From an uncultured Verrucomicrobiae bacterium (lineage in GTDB: Bacteria; Verrucomicrobiota; Verrucomicrobiia; Limisphaerales; JAFGQR01): DNA of 64,000 nt. Positions 1-11,593 of the stretch are shown piece after piece (the first letter of the stretch is position 1; each line of letters starts with the position of its first letter). The notes below the pieces were generated by a model, which saw nothing but the letters and a program-made list of their open reading frames with translations, did no database searches and was not told the origin of the DNA. The stretch is from positions 192,189-256,188 of the forward strand of contig CAWBHS010000057.1 of the NCBI GenBank assembly GCA_963788655.1. Direction: 5' to 3'. Position numbers and translations under genes: made by a program.

Positions 1-861
1 CCGCTCCGTCAGTTTCTTAAAGCTTGGGATGGGAAACAAGCGCACCTGGACGAGGTCCAACACCGCCTGAAAAACGGACGCCTCATTTGGGTCGAAGTGG
101 CCCTGCATGGGTGTGATTTTGCCGGGCAGCGCGCCGTGCTGGTGGCCAGCGTAGATATCACCGAACGCAAGCGGGCTCTGCAAGCGCTGCACAAACTATC
201 CGGCCGGCTGCTGCGTTTGCAGGATGAAGAACGGCGCCGGATCGCCCGTGAATTACACGACACCACCACCCAGGATCTGGCGGCGCTGAGCATGAATCTT
301 TCCTTGCTGCAACCCGGGCTCCCGAAAGGTGATCCGCGCTGGGAACAGTTGCTGGCGGATTGCGCGCGCTTGGCGGCGAAAAGCACGCAGGAAATCCGAA
401 CCCTGTCCTATCTGCTGCACCCGCCGATGCTCGAAGTTTTGGGCTTGCCGGGAGCGGTACGCGAGTTGGTGGAGGGATTCGCCCGCCGCAGCGGTATCAA
501 AACCGAGTTTGACGCCCCGAAGGACTTTGGCCGTTTGCCGGCGGACGTGGAAACCGCCCTGTTTCGGGTTGTGCAGGAAAGCCTGGGTAACATCCACCGC
601 CACTCGGGCAGCCCCACCGCGCGGATCCAGTTGCGCCGCCACAATGGACAGTTGACGGTGGAAATTGCCGACACGGGTGGTGGCATTCCACCGGAAAAAC
701 TGGCCGGGTTGGCAAACGGAACGTCCGCCCTGGGTGTGGGTATTGCCGGCATGCGCGAACGGCTGCACCAACTTGGTGGCAAACTGGACGTGGCCAGCGG
801 ATCCGCGGGAACCCGGGTGAAAGCCGTGGTGCCCCTGAACCTTCGGACATCTGACGAGTGA
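1..861 (+). CDS. Sensor histidine kinase, C-terminal part (PAS-like / HisKA_3 / HATPase_c); 5' end lies outside the window
   Basis: Frame 1 is open from nt 1; track ORF 97..861 starts at an internal GTG. H-box RRIARELHDTTTQDL (NarX/DegS-type HisKA_3), N-box VVQESLGNIHRHS, G-boxes DTGGGIP and GVGIAGMRERL. A NarL-type regulator follows directly downstream. Confidence 0.85.
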   Translation, partial: PLRQFLKAWDGKQAHLDEVQHRLKNGRLIWVEVALHGCDFAGQRAVLVASVDITERKRALQALHKLSGRLLRLQDEERRRIARELHDTTTQDLAALSMNLSLLQPGLPKGDPRWEQLLADCARLAAKSTQEIRTLSYLLHPPMLEVLGLPGAVRELVEGFARRSGIKTEFDAPKDFGRLPADVETALFRVVQESLGNIHRHSGSPTARIQLRRHNGQLTVEIADTGGGIPPEKLAGLANGTSALGVGIAGMRERLHQLGGKLDVASGSAGTRVKAVVPLNLRTSDE

Positions 862-1026
862 AGGAGCGCGCCTCGTTGTCCCAGGAATCGGAGCAGTCCG
901 GCGGGCTGGACGCGGGGCAAATGATGCGGAAACGTTAACATGGACGTTGACGAAATTTTGTCGCCGCCATCACCGCCGGCAGCCGCGCGGATGGGGGAGA
1001 ACAACGTATGTCAGGATGACGTGAGT

Positions 1027-1647
1027 ATGGATACGCTGAACATTTTGATCGCTGATGACCACGAAATGGTGCGTCGCGGACTGAAAGCCGCTCTGACCGA
1101 ACGGCCGGGCTGGACAATTTGTGGTGAAGCGGCGACGGGACGCCAGGCGGTGGAACTGGCCGAGCAACTCAAACCGGATATTATCATCCTGGATGTCATG
1201 ATGCCGGGATTGAACGGCTTGGAGGCCACGCGTCAAATCCGGAAGGTATTGCCCGGCGCCGAGGTACTCATCCTGACCATGCACGAATCCGAAGAACTGG
1301 TGCGCGAAGTCCTGAGCGCCGGGGCGCGCGGTTACGTTCGCAAAAGCGATGCGGGGCGCACCGTGGTGCAAGCGGTCGAAACCCTCAGCCAGCATCAGCA
1401 GTATATCACCCCCGGCGTGGCGGAAGGACCAATTCACCCAGCCAGCTTCAATCCCGTGACGCCCCGGGAACGTCAGGTGCTACAACTCATCGCCGAAGGT
1501 AAAAGCAACAAAGAAGTGGCGCACGAATTGGGAATCAGTGTCCGCACCGCGGAAACGCATCGCACCAAAGTCATGCGCAAACTGAATCTGCGTTCCGCGA
1601 GCGACATTACCCGCTACGCAATCCGCAATCGGCTGATCGAGCCGTGA
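1027..1647 (+). CDS. NarL/FixJ-family response regulator (REC + LuxR-type HTH)
   Basis: Track ORF 940..1647. The conserved REC start MDTLNILIADDHEMVRRGL begins at ATG 1027. Phospho-acceptor context IIILDVMMPGLNG; C-terminal LuxR HTH TPRERQVLQLIAEGKSNKEVAHELGISVRTAETHRTKVMRKL. Confidence 0.9.
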   Translation: MDTLNILIADDHEMVRRGLKAALTERPGWTICGEAATGRQAVELAEQLKPDIIILDVMMPGLNGLEATRQIRKVLPGAEVLILTMHESEELVREVLSAGARGYVRKSDAGRTVVQAVETLSQHQQYITPGVAEGPIHPASFNPVTPRERQVLQLIAEGKSNKEVAHELGISVRTAETHRTKVMRKLNLRSASDITRYAIRNRLIEP

Positions 1648-1656
1648 TGCCCGCTT

Positions 1657-1908
1657 TCAGTGAGGTCTGATTTCCCGCACGCCCACCACCGGAACCGTCC
1701 CCCTTTCTCCGTATGCAGTTTTGTAGTGATACACTGATTCGTATTCGTCCAGCTTGGGCTTGCCCTTCGTCTCAATGATCGCTCCGCTGGTCAGGGTGAT
1801 GCGGTAATGCGGTGCGGCGCAACCGCCGAGGGCCGGAGCCAGCAACACGAGCACCGGAAGGAGCCATTTTCTCTGGAGCCAACCAACCAATGGAGACGAC
1901 ACTCTCAT
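1657..1908 (-). CDS. Small lipoprotein, YgdI/YgdR (DUF903)-like
   Basis: Track ORF 1657..1935; likely start is MRVSSPLVGW at 1908. Signal peptide with lipobox LGGC, then YRITLTSGAIIETKGKPKLDEYESVYHYKTAYGE, which resembles the DUF903 core. Family call is from memory of the consensus. Confidence 0.55.
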   Translation of the reverse strand: MRVSSPLVGWLQRKWLLPVLVLLAPALGGCAAPHYRITLTSGAIIETKGKPKLDEYESVYHYKTAYGERGTVPVVGVREIRPH

Positions 1909-1918
1909 CGGACAGAAT

Positions 1919-4223
1919 TCATTTCCCGTGAGCAACCAATTGCTTCGGCCCCGCCGGCAAATGGTCGCGGAGATAACGGGTGAGGAGTTCGAACAAATGC
2001 CGCCGGGTGTTGGCGCCTTCGCTGATGCTGTGGGTCCGGTTGGGATAGGCCATCAGGGAGAATTGCTTGTTGTCCTTGATGAGTTCATTCATCAGCACCG
2101 CGCAATTCTGGTAATGGACATTGTCGTCGGCAGTGCCATGGACCAGCAGAAGATTGCCCTTCAGTTGGTGGGCGAATGTGATCGGCGAACCGTTCTTGTA
2201 GCCATCGGCATTGTCGTCCGGCAGTCCCATATATCGTTCCTGGTAGATCGTATCGTAAAACCGTTGGTTGCTGATGAACGCAATCGCCATCGCCGTTTGA
2301 TACAGATCCGGATACCGAAAAATGGCGTTCAAGCTCATCGACCCGCCGCCGCTCCATCCCCAGATGCCGATCCGCTGCGGATCCACGCCGGGCCGCGATG
2401 CAATGATCTTCCGCGTGGCGGCTGCCTGGTCCGCCGAGGCAAGAATGCCGACCTGGCGATAAATGCACTTGCGGAACTCGCGCCCGCGCGGGGCGGCGGT
2501 GCCGCGGTTATCGACACTCATAACCAGATATCCTTGCTGCGCCAGGTAACAGTGCCAGAGGTACGGTGTCGCCGCCCCAGCGGTCCAACACCGTTTGGCC
2601 GGCGGGTTCACCATAGACATGAAAGAGCACCGGATACTTTTTTGCGGGATCAAAGTCCGGCGGCTGGATGCACCAGGCATCGAGTTGGACGCCGTCGCCG
2701 ATGTCCACGCGGAAGAATTCGCTGGGGCATGGTTGCAGTTTCTTGAGCTTGGCGCGCAGTTTGGAATTGTCGGCAATGACCCGGAGCGACTTGTGTTCCG
2801 GCAAGTCCACCAACTCGATGACCGGTGGATTGCCAAAGCTCGAATACGTGTGGAAGGCCCAACGGCAGTCCTTCGACAATTGATAGGAATGCGTGCCGGC
2901 ATGCCCTTTAGGAGTCACCCGTTTCGCCTTGCCCGAACCATCCAACGGCACGCGATACAGATAACGCTGCGCGGCGTTTTTGGGCGAGGCAATGAAATAA
3001 ACCCAGCCTTGTGCTTCATCCACGCCAGCAACATTAATAACATCGTACTTGCCTGAGGTCAGCAGGGTGGGCTTCCCGTGCCGGGTGACCACATACAGAT
3101 GCCGCCAGCCATCGCGTTCGCTCAACCACAGGAAACGTCGACCGTCCTCCAGCCAATGCCATTCATGGTTCACGTCCACCCAGGCATTGTCACGATCCGT
3201 GAACACCACTTTCGTCCGGCCGCTTTTCACCTGACCGCGGATCAGGTGGTTGGTGCTTTGCAGGCGATTGAGTTGTTGAAAAACAACCGACCGCGAATTG
3301 GGCGCCCATTCCATTTCCGGGATGTAATTGTTCCGTGGATCCGCCGACGTGTTGAACCAACGAGTCGGTCCTCCGCTGGCTTTGACCACGCCCACGCGGC
3401 AGGCGGAATTGGTCTGGCCCACCTTCGGATAGGGAAACGACGTGATCTTTGGGTACAGCGAGTCGGTGTAGTTGATGAGCTTGAAATCGCGGACCATCGA
3501 GGTATCGAACCGCCAATACGCCAGGCGCCGGCTGTCGGGACTCCAGCGGAATGCTTTACGCAGGTACAATTCTTCTTCGTACACCCAGTCCGACGTGCCG
3601 TTGATGAGCCGCTCCGAGCCATTGGTGGTCAGCGCGGTGATCTTAAGATTCTTAAGGTTTTGGACGTAGAGATTGTTCCGGCACACATACGCCACCCGCC
3701 GGCCGTCCGGCGAGAACGTGGCAAACATCATCGTGGCCGGCTCGGCGGGATCCCCAAGTTGCTGGAGGCTTTGGGTGCCACAGTCGAACAGCCAGTAATC
3801 GCCCCGGGTGTTCTGTCGCCAGACACGTTTGCTGTTGGTGAACAGGAGGAGCTTCTTACCATCGTCAGACCACGCGTAGCCATCGATGTTTAGTGGCTTC
3901 GACTTGCCGGCCGGGATTAGGTGTGAGGCTGGCACCAGGACCTTGCGGGCGCCAGATTCAGGATCGTAACGAACAATGTCTTTGCCACCTTTGACCTTCT
4001 TGGACGTCTCCAGCGTGGTATAGCCGGAGCCATCTTTGAGCCAGCGCGCCGGCCCCCCGGATTCGGTCTTGAATTCGTGCTTTTCAAAAATCCGATCCAG
4101 CGTCAGCCGGGATGGGTCCGGAGCTGATTCCGCCGCGCAGATATTCAGGGCGGTCAAGGCCAGCAGTGCGAAACCAGCCGCGAAAATCCGCCGGGCGTTC
4201 TTCCGCCACTTGAAATGGCGCAT
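1919..4223 (-). CDS. Dipeptidyl-peptidase IV family serine peptidase (S9B: DPPIV_N propeller + S9 catalytic domain), split by one apparent frameshift near 2570-2580
   Basis: Track ORFs 2508..4268 (propeller part, signal peptide MRHFKWRKNARRIFAAGFALLALTALNICAAE from ATG 4223) and 1919..2902 (catalytic part). Junction ...VYGEPAGQTVLDRWGG | TPYLWHCYLAQQGYLVMSVDNRG. Catalytic triad contexts GIWGWSGGG, LLLVHGTADDNVH, YPNRTHSI. Confidence 0.85.
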
Positions 4224-4400
4224 CGAAAAGTCAGTCGCAGATTGCGAACAGATTTCAGCGAAGATCATGGAAACAGTTTAGGCGGCCTGGAGGAAAAGGA
4301 AAAGCTTTTGCCCCCATGGTGCGCGCATTATCCGTGGATGCCGCTATTTAACAGCAACAAACCCTCATGGTAGCGGCTCTTCTTCAAGTGGAGCGTGATC

Positions 4401-4550
4401 AGTCGCGCCAGCGTTTGGAGTGCGTCCGGCTTGCCGGCGCTTTCGGGTGGAGAACAACCGGCAGAGCTTGTTTTGTGCTGTAAAATCTATGGCGTCCCCA
4501 AGCAACCGAAAGCGGGAGCAAGCTCCCCGCATTCCAAACGCTGGCGCGCC
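4401..4550. repeat. Palindromic dispersed intergenic element (family 1, copy 1)
   Basis: Arms TCGCGCCAGCGTTTGGAGTGC (4403-4423) and GCATTCCAAACGCTGGCGCGCC (4529-4550) form an imperfect inverted repeat. Each arm is followed inward by a GC hairpin half (CCGGCTTGCCGG / GGAGCTTGCTCC). The same element occurs in opposite orientation at 14623-14776. Confidence 0.7.
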
Positions 4551-4666
4551 AAGCGATTGCCCGCTCGAACACCGTCCGGTCGTGAAATGCAGTAGGTAGC
4601 GTCGCTTTCGAAGCGACTCAGCAATACCCGCACCATGGCCCTTCGGCCACCAAGCAAGACACCTCC

Positions 4667-6168
4667 CTACTCAATCCCGACCGTCAGTTTCTTAATGGGC
4701 TTGGCAAAGATGAGCAGCATGACGCCCGCGCCCACCGAGGTCAGCACGATGTGGAAATAGCGCACGGACATTTCATCCACGGCGTTGGCGTTGAATTCGC
4801 CGGCAATCAGACCGGCAAAGAGATTGCCCAGCGACGCGGCCAAAAACCAAACGCCCATCATTTGCCCCACCAGCCGTTTGGGTGAGAGTTTGGTCACCGA
4901 ACTCAAGCCCACCGGGCTGAGACACAGCTCGCCGACCGAGTGCAACAGGTAAGTGGTGATCAACCACGACGGCCAGACCTTGTGGCCGGCAGCAACAATT
5001 TTCGACGCCCCGGCCATTACCAGAAAGCCCAGACCAAGCAGGAGCAGACCGGCAGCGAATTTCACCGGGAGCGACGGATTCATACAACGCCGGGCCAGCG
5101 CCACCCACAGCCAGGCCATCACCGGCGCCAGGGTGATGATGTAAATTGGATTCAGCATCTGGAACCAACCGGCGGGAATCTCAAAGTGGAACCACGTCAG
5201 GACCCGGGCGGTGTAACGATCCGCAAACAGGTTCAAAGAAGAGCCGGCCTGCTCGAAGCCCGACCAGAACATCGCGGCCGCCACGAACAAGACCACAATC
5301 GCCCAAACGCGTTTCTTCTCGGTGGGATCCAGCTTAAAGAACACGAACACCAGGGTAAAATAAACCAGCGCCACGCCCACAATGATGTAGGTGGTAGCGC
5401 GCGCCAGGGAAACCGGATTGATTTTGATGACGCCCGTCAGCCCCAGAACTACCACCAACGCGATCAATCCCAAGCCACCATAGAACATCGCCCAGTGCCG
5501 CGGCGTGGCTCCTTCCCGGTGGCCCGGGTGAAGCCCGGCTTCGCCCAAGTGTTTGGCGGTGATTTTGTATTGAATCAGCCCCAGCACCATCCCGACGCCC
5601 GCCGCGCCAAAGCCGTAATGCCAGTTATGTTTTTCACCGAGCCAACTGCAAATAAACGGTCCCAGGGCCGCCCCCAGGTTGATGCCCATGTAGAAAATCG
5701 AAAAGCCGGCATCCCGCCGGGCGCCGCCCTCGGGATAAAGATCACCGATAATCGCGCTGATATTCGGCTTCAAAAATCCGGTGCCCAGAATCACCAGCAC
5801 CAGCCCCAGGTAAAACGTCTGGTCGGTCGGAATGGCCAACGTGAAATGCCCGGCGGCAATGATGACGCCGCCCGTGAACACGGACCGTTGCGCGCCCAAC
5901 AACCGGTCGGCTACCCAGCCCCCCGGCAGCGCCGCCAAATAGACGGCGGCGGTATAGAGTCCGTAAATGGCCGTGGCGGATTCGCATCCGTCATGCCCAT
6001 GCCGCCACGCACCGCGTCCACCATGAACAACACCAATAATGCGCGCATCCCGTAATAGCTGAAACGTTCCCACATCTCGGTGAAGAACAGCGTGTACAGG
6101 CCGCGCGGGTGGCGTTGCTTGGGCGCGACGGAGGGAATGTGATCGGAAAGAGGATCCTGGGTGGGCAT
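4667..6168 (-). CDS. POT/PTR2-family proton-dependent di-/tripeptide transporter, split by one apparent frameshift near 5980-5990
   Basis: Track ORFs 5911..6168 (N-terminus with PTR2 signature [27 protein letters not shown]) and 4667..6073 (rest, many TM segments). Junction ...GGMGMTDA | [26 protein letters not shown]. Confidence 0.85.
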
Positions 6169-6202
6169 GAGGATGGTTTAGGGGCGGTGGGGTTGGATTT
6201 GT

Positions 6203-6234
6203 TGAAGGGTTAAAGGGTTGAAGGGTTGAAAGGG
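6203..6234. repeat. Four tandem 8-nt units TGAAGGGT TAAAGGGT TGAAGGGT TGAAAGGG, 35-66 nt upstream of the POT start codon
   Basis: Read directly from the sequence at 6203-6234. The position relative to ATG 6168 (minus strand) suggests a 5' leader or promoter-proximal element. Confidence 0.6.
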
Positions 6235-6539
6235 AAAAGAGCTTGGTTGATTTGCGACGATGTTGCGGCCGAGCATTGCCGCGTTCCAGGTGCCGCCGCG
6301 TGAAGGCACGCGGCCTACAGGGTCATATAGGCCGGATCCCCGAACCCGGCGCCACCGCTTGGCGACGCGCTGCATGGTGGGCCTGGATACTTCACCCTCG
6401 CGGTAGCAGCCGATGTTAGGAAGCGGACCCAATGCACCCTGACCGCGCTCCGCCTCCTCACGTCGGCGGCTACAGTCTGCCAGTGTTTCAAGCGGGAAAT
6501 GAACCATCCGGGCTTGGCGTTCGCCACGCAGCAGAACCA

Positions 6540-8324
6540 TCATCGGGGCTCCTGCAATCGTTTGCGCACCAACTCGGGCAAATACTTCACCGGCACCGAT
6601 CCGTGCGCCAAGACAGCTTCGTGGTACCGGCCCAGGTCAAACGCCTCGCCCATTTCACGTTCAATGGCCTGACGCAACCGATAATGGGCCATGCGCCCCA
6701 CAAAGTACGTCGAGAGTTGAACGGAGCTTTGCTTCGAGCGAATGATCTTGAGACGCGCTTCGCCTTCGGATTGAAACCCGCCGTCCATCAGCAGGGCCAG
6801 CGCCTCTTCGTCGGTCATGTTGCCGCCCTGCATTTTGTGATCGAGAATGGCGTTCACCACGGCCCGAAGATAGAACTTGAGCTGCGTCAGGCGCAACGCG
6901 AGATTCCCGTCACCGTAACCCTGGTCCAGCATCATCTGCTCGGTGTACACGGCCCAACCCTCAACGAACACGCCCGATTGCAGCACGCGCCGAATGAGCG
7001 ACGGATTCTGGTTCGCATACTCGAATTGCACGTAATGGCCCGGATACGCTTCGTGGATGGTGAGGATTTGCAGCATGTGCCCGTTGTATTCTTCGAGGTA
7101 ACTTTGCACCCGCGCCGCGTCCCAATCCTTGGGCGGCGGACTCACCGCGTAATAACCGGTCGCCTTGGGATCCAGTGGTGGCGGTGAGTTCATGTAAGCG
7201 GTCGAATTGCCGCGCTGGAATTCCGGCATCTCGATGACCTGACACCGATCCGGTTGCGGCAGGCGCAACACACCGCTTTCGCTGATGAACTTCTTCAAAT
7301 GGGCGACCGTGGCCTGGGCATCGCGCACCAAGTTCTCTGGTTTGCCGTGTTCGTGGGCCACTTGGTCGAGCACAAGCTGGATGGTGGCGTGCCGACCGGC
7401 GACATCGTCCGGCGGCAACGCCCGTTTCGGGTAATAGTGACTCCAAAGCTGGCGGGCGATCACATACATGTCGCGCACCACCCGGTCGAATTCTGACTTC
7501 GCGTCGGCCAGCACCTGGTCGGCAGTCACACCGGCATCCAGGGTGAGTTCCAGCTTGCGGGCAAACTTGTCTTTGCCCAGACGCCAGGTGCCGTTGGCCT
7601 TCGGCAACAGGTTGTTTTCCAGGAATTGCTGATAACCATTGAGACACGCCACCACTTCTTGTGCCGCGGCTTGCAACGCCCCGAGTTGCCGCGTCTTCCC
7701 CGCCAGCAAGAACAGGTCGTTCTGATAAAAACCAATGGCGCCGCGATTCTGCCGGATGGCGGTTTCCAGGATGATGCGGGGCGGATTCTGGAGGCTTGCT
7801 TTCGCAGCAGCGACGACTTGCGGGATTTGCGCCATGCGCGCCAGGCAATTCGAGATGTTGGTTTCCTTGGGCAACGTGGATTGGGAGAGCAGCAGGTAAG
7901 TGCTGTCGCTGATGTAGTTGTTGTAAACGCGCGGATCGTTGGCGAAAGGATTCGTGCTCTCCGCCAACCAGATCGTGCGCTTCAAATCCTGCGCGAAGAT
8001 CTCGTAATCGATCTGCGCATTGCGGGAGAGCTTCACGTAATCGACTTGCTGGGGCAGCTCGGCGAGGGTGGAACGTGCGAGGGTGAGCCACGCGTCGCGG
8101 GCCGGTTGCGACAAGTCCTCCAGCAGCGCATCAAAGCGGTGATCCCCCAACTGGGTGGCCCCCTGCGGTTGCTGCCGGAAGTGCGCATCAAGGTATTGCC
8201 GGAAGAAGGCGTCGAGTTTGGCGTCCGCCGCTTGGGCGAACACCGGATTCAAGCTGGCGGCCAACATGCAAACCGCCGCCGCCACTGGAGCAGAAATCAC
8301 GTTTCTCATGGGGCTGGCGGTCAT
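6540..8324 (-). CDS. DUF885-family protein, secreted
   Basis: 594-aa intact ORF. N-terminal signal peptide ...AAAVCMLAASLNPVFAQA. Hallmark DUF885 motif ILTIHEAYPGHYVQFEY. Confidence 0.85.
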   Translation of the reverse strand: MTASPMRNVISAPVAAAVCMLAASLNPVFAQAADAKLDAFFRQYLDAHFRQQPQGATQLGDHRFDALLEDLSQPARDAWLTLARSTLAELPQQVDYVKLSRNAQIDYEIFAQDLKRTIWLAESTNPFANDPRVYNNYISDSTYLLLSQSTLPKETNISNCLARMAQIPQVVAAAKASLQNPPRIILETAIRQNRGAIGFYQNDLFLLAGKTRQLGALQAAAQEVVACLNGYQQFLENNLLPKANGTWRLGKDKFARKLELTLDAGVTADQVLADAKSEFDRVVRDMYVIARQLWSHYYPKRALPPDDVAGRHATIQLVLDQVAHEHGKPENLVRDAQATVAHLKKFISESGVLRLPQPDRCQVIEMPEFQRGNSTAYMNSPPPLDPKATGYYAVSPPPKDWDAARVQSYLEEYNGHMLQILTIHEAYPGHYVQFEYANQNPSLIRRVLQSGVFVEGWAVYTEQMMLDQGYGDGNLALRLTQLKFYLRAVVNAILDHKMQGGNMTDEEALALLMDGGFQSEGEARLKIIRSKQSSVQLSTYFVGRMAHYRLRQAIEREMGEAFDLGRYHEAVLAHGSVPVKYLPELVRKRLQEPR

Positions 8325-8500
8325 GATGCGTGAAACCGTTGCCCAGCGTCACGCCTTTTCTGAAATCGGGAAGGGGAGCGCGCCCGCCTCGGGCGCAGTC
8401 AACGGCGCCTCGCCGTTGACTCGAATGGAACGTTAGCCACAAGTTCAAACCGCCCTTCCATTCGCGATCCGAACAAAACCCGCCCCGTTTCGAATCGGCT

Positions 8501-8672
8501 GGTAGGGCGAGACTCCGTCGAGCCCTGACTTCGCCTCATCGCCGCCCCGTGACGGAAATCGAAACCGTGGGAAGGGTGCGGCGGATCGGATGTCCGGGAT
8601 TTCTCTTTGGTCGGGTTCGGGTTCTCGAAGACCAACCGGGGAATTCAGGGCTCGACGGAGTCTCGCCCTACC
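8501..8672. repeat. Palindromic dispersed element (family 2) with perfect 28-bp terminal inverted repeat
   Basis: GGTAGGGCGAGACTCCGTCGAGCCCTGA (8501-8528) is the exact reverse complement of 8645-8672; the spacer is 116 bp. It generates the spurious mirror ORFs 8399..8690 (-) and 8549..8857 (+). Confidence 0.8.
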
Positions 8673-8712
8673 GGGGCAGGGAACCCGCAATTGGCGGCGC
8701 AGATGCTCCTCA

Positions 8713-10226
<1,514 letters not shown>

Positions 10227-10227
10227 G

Positions 10228-11593
10228 TTAAACCTCCATAAGGATGCGCGCGGGTTCTTCCACCAACGCCTTGACCCGCCGCAGGAAGGTCACCGCCTCC
10301 CGGCCATCGACGAGCCGGTGATCGTAGGTCAACGCCACATACATCATCGGGCGGATAACCACCTGGCCGTTCAGGGCAATCGGGCGCTCCTGAATGGCGT
10401 GCATGCCGAGTACCCCGCTTTGCGGCGGATTGATGATCGGCGTGGACAACAGCGAACCAAACACGCCGCCATTGGTGATGGTGAACGTGCCGCCGGCCAG
10501 ATCGTCGGGCCGGATCTTGTTGTCGCGGGCGCGCTGGGCAAAATCCGCGATGGCCTGTTCGATCTCGGCGAAGCTCAACCGTCCGGCGTTGCGGAGCACC
10601 GGCACCACCAGCCCTTTGCCGCCGCCGATGGCAATGCCGATGTCGTGGTAATTGCGATACACGATGTCGTTGCCGCGAATCTCGGCGTTAAGCTGGGGAA
10701 TGTCCTTGAGCGCTTCGATGGTGGCTTTCACGAAGAAGGACATGAAGCCGAGTTTGATGTGGTAACGCTTGTGAAAGGTTTCCTGGTATTGCTGGCGGAG
10801 ACCCGCGACAGCCGACAGGTCAATTTCGTTGAACGTGGTGAGGAGCGCGGCTATTTGCTGGGCCTGCACCAGGCGCTCGCGCAATCTTGCGCCGCAACAG
10901 GCTCATGGGCACGACTTCCTCTTCGCGGTCGCCACCTGCCGCACCGCTCGCCGCTGGCGGCGCCGGCTCAGGCGCCGCGGCTGGCGTTTCCGCGGGGTGG
11001 GCTACGCCTTCGGCGGCCGCGCGCTGAACATCTTCCTTGAGCACACGTCCGCCCGGTCCAGTGGGCTCGACGGCGCCCGGCGAAACGCCACGCTCCGCCA
11101 TCAGGCGCGCAGCGGCGGGCATGACCCGCGCTTGGGTCGCCCCCTTTAAGGCGGGTTTCGACAGTGGCGGTTCTGCTTTGGTATCGGAAGGTTTGGCTGC
11201 GGCGGACTCAGAAGCCGGTGCTTCGGACTTGGCAGGTTTTGCTTTACCCGTTTCCTTGGAAGGGGGTTTTTGTTTTTCGGGCTTTGGAGCCTTCTTGCTC
11301 TCGTCCTCGTCCTTCTTCGAGGCGGTTTTCTCCGGTTTGCCTTGAGCCTCTCCGTCACCTTCTTCGAGGTAACCCACGATGTCGCCGACGGAAACGCGCT
11401 CGCCTTTTTGTTTCACGATTTTGCTCAAGCGCCCGGCGGCCGGCGCGGCAATTTCGACCGTGGCTTTGTCGGTTTCGATGACGACCACATTCTCGTCTTT
11501 CTTGACGGCGTCACCTTCCTGTTTGAGCCAATCGCCAATCTCCACTTCGGTGATCGATTCGCCGACGGAGGGGACTTTGATGGATTGAGGCAT
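10228..11593 (-). CDS. sucB: Dihydrolipoyllysine-residue succinyltransferase (E2 of 2-oxoglutarate dehydrogenase), one apparent +1 insertion at ~10885
   Basis: Track ORFs 10820..11593 (lipoyl domain [15 protein letters not shown], Ala/Pro/Lys linker, E3-binding segment) and 10228..10884 (catalytic domain with [13 protein letters not shown]). Observed ATT GCG c GAG CGC CTG; removing the c gives [17 protein letters not shown]. Confidence 0.85.
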
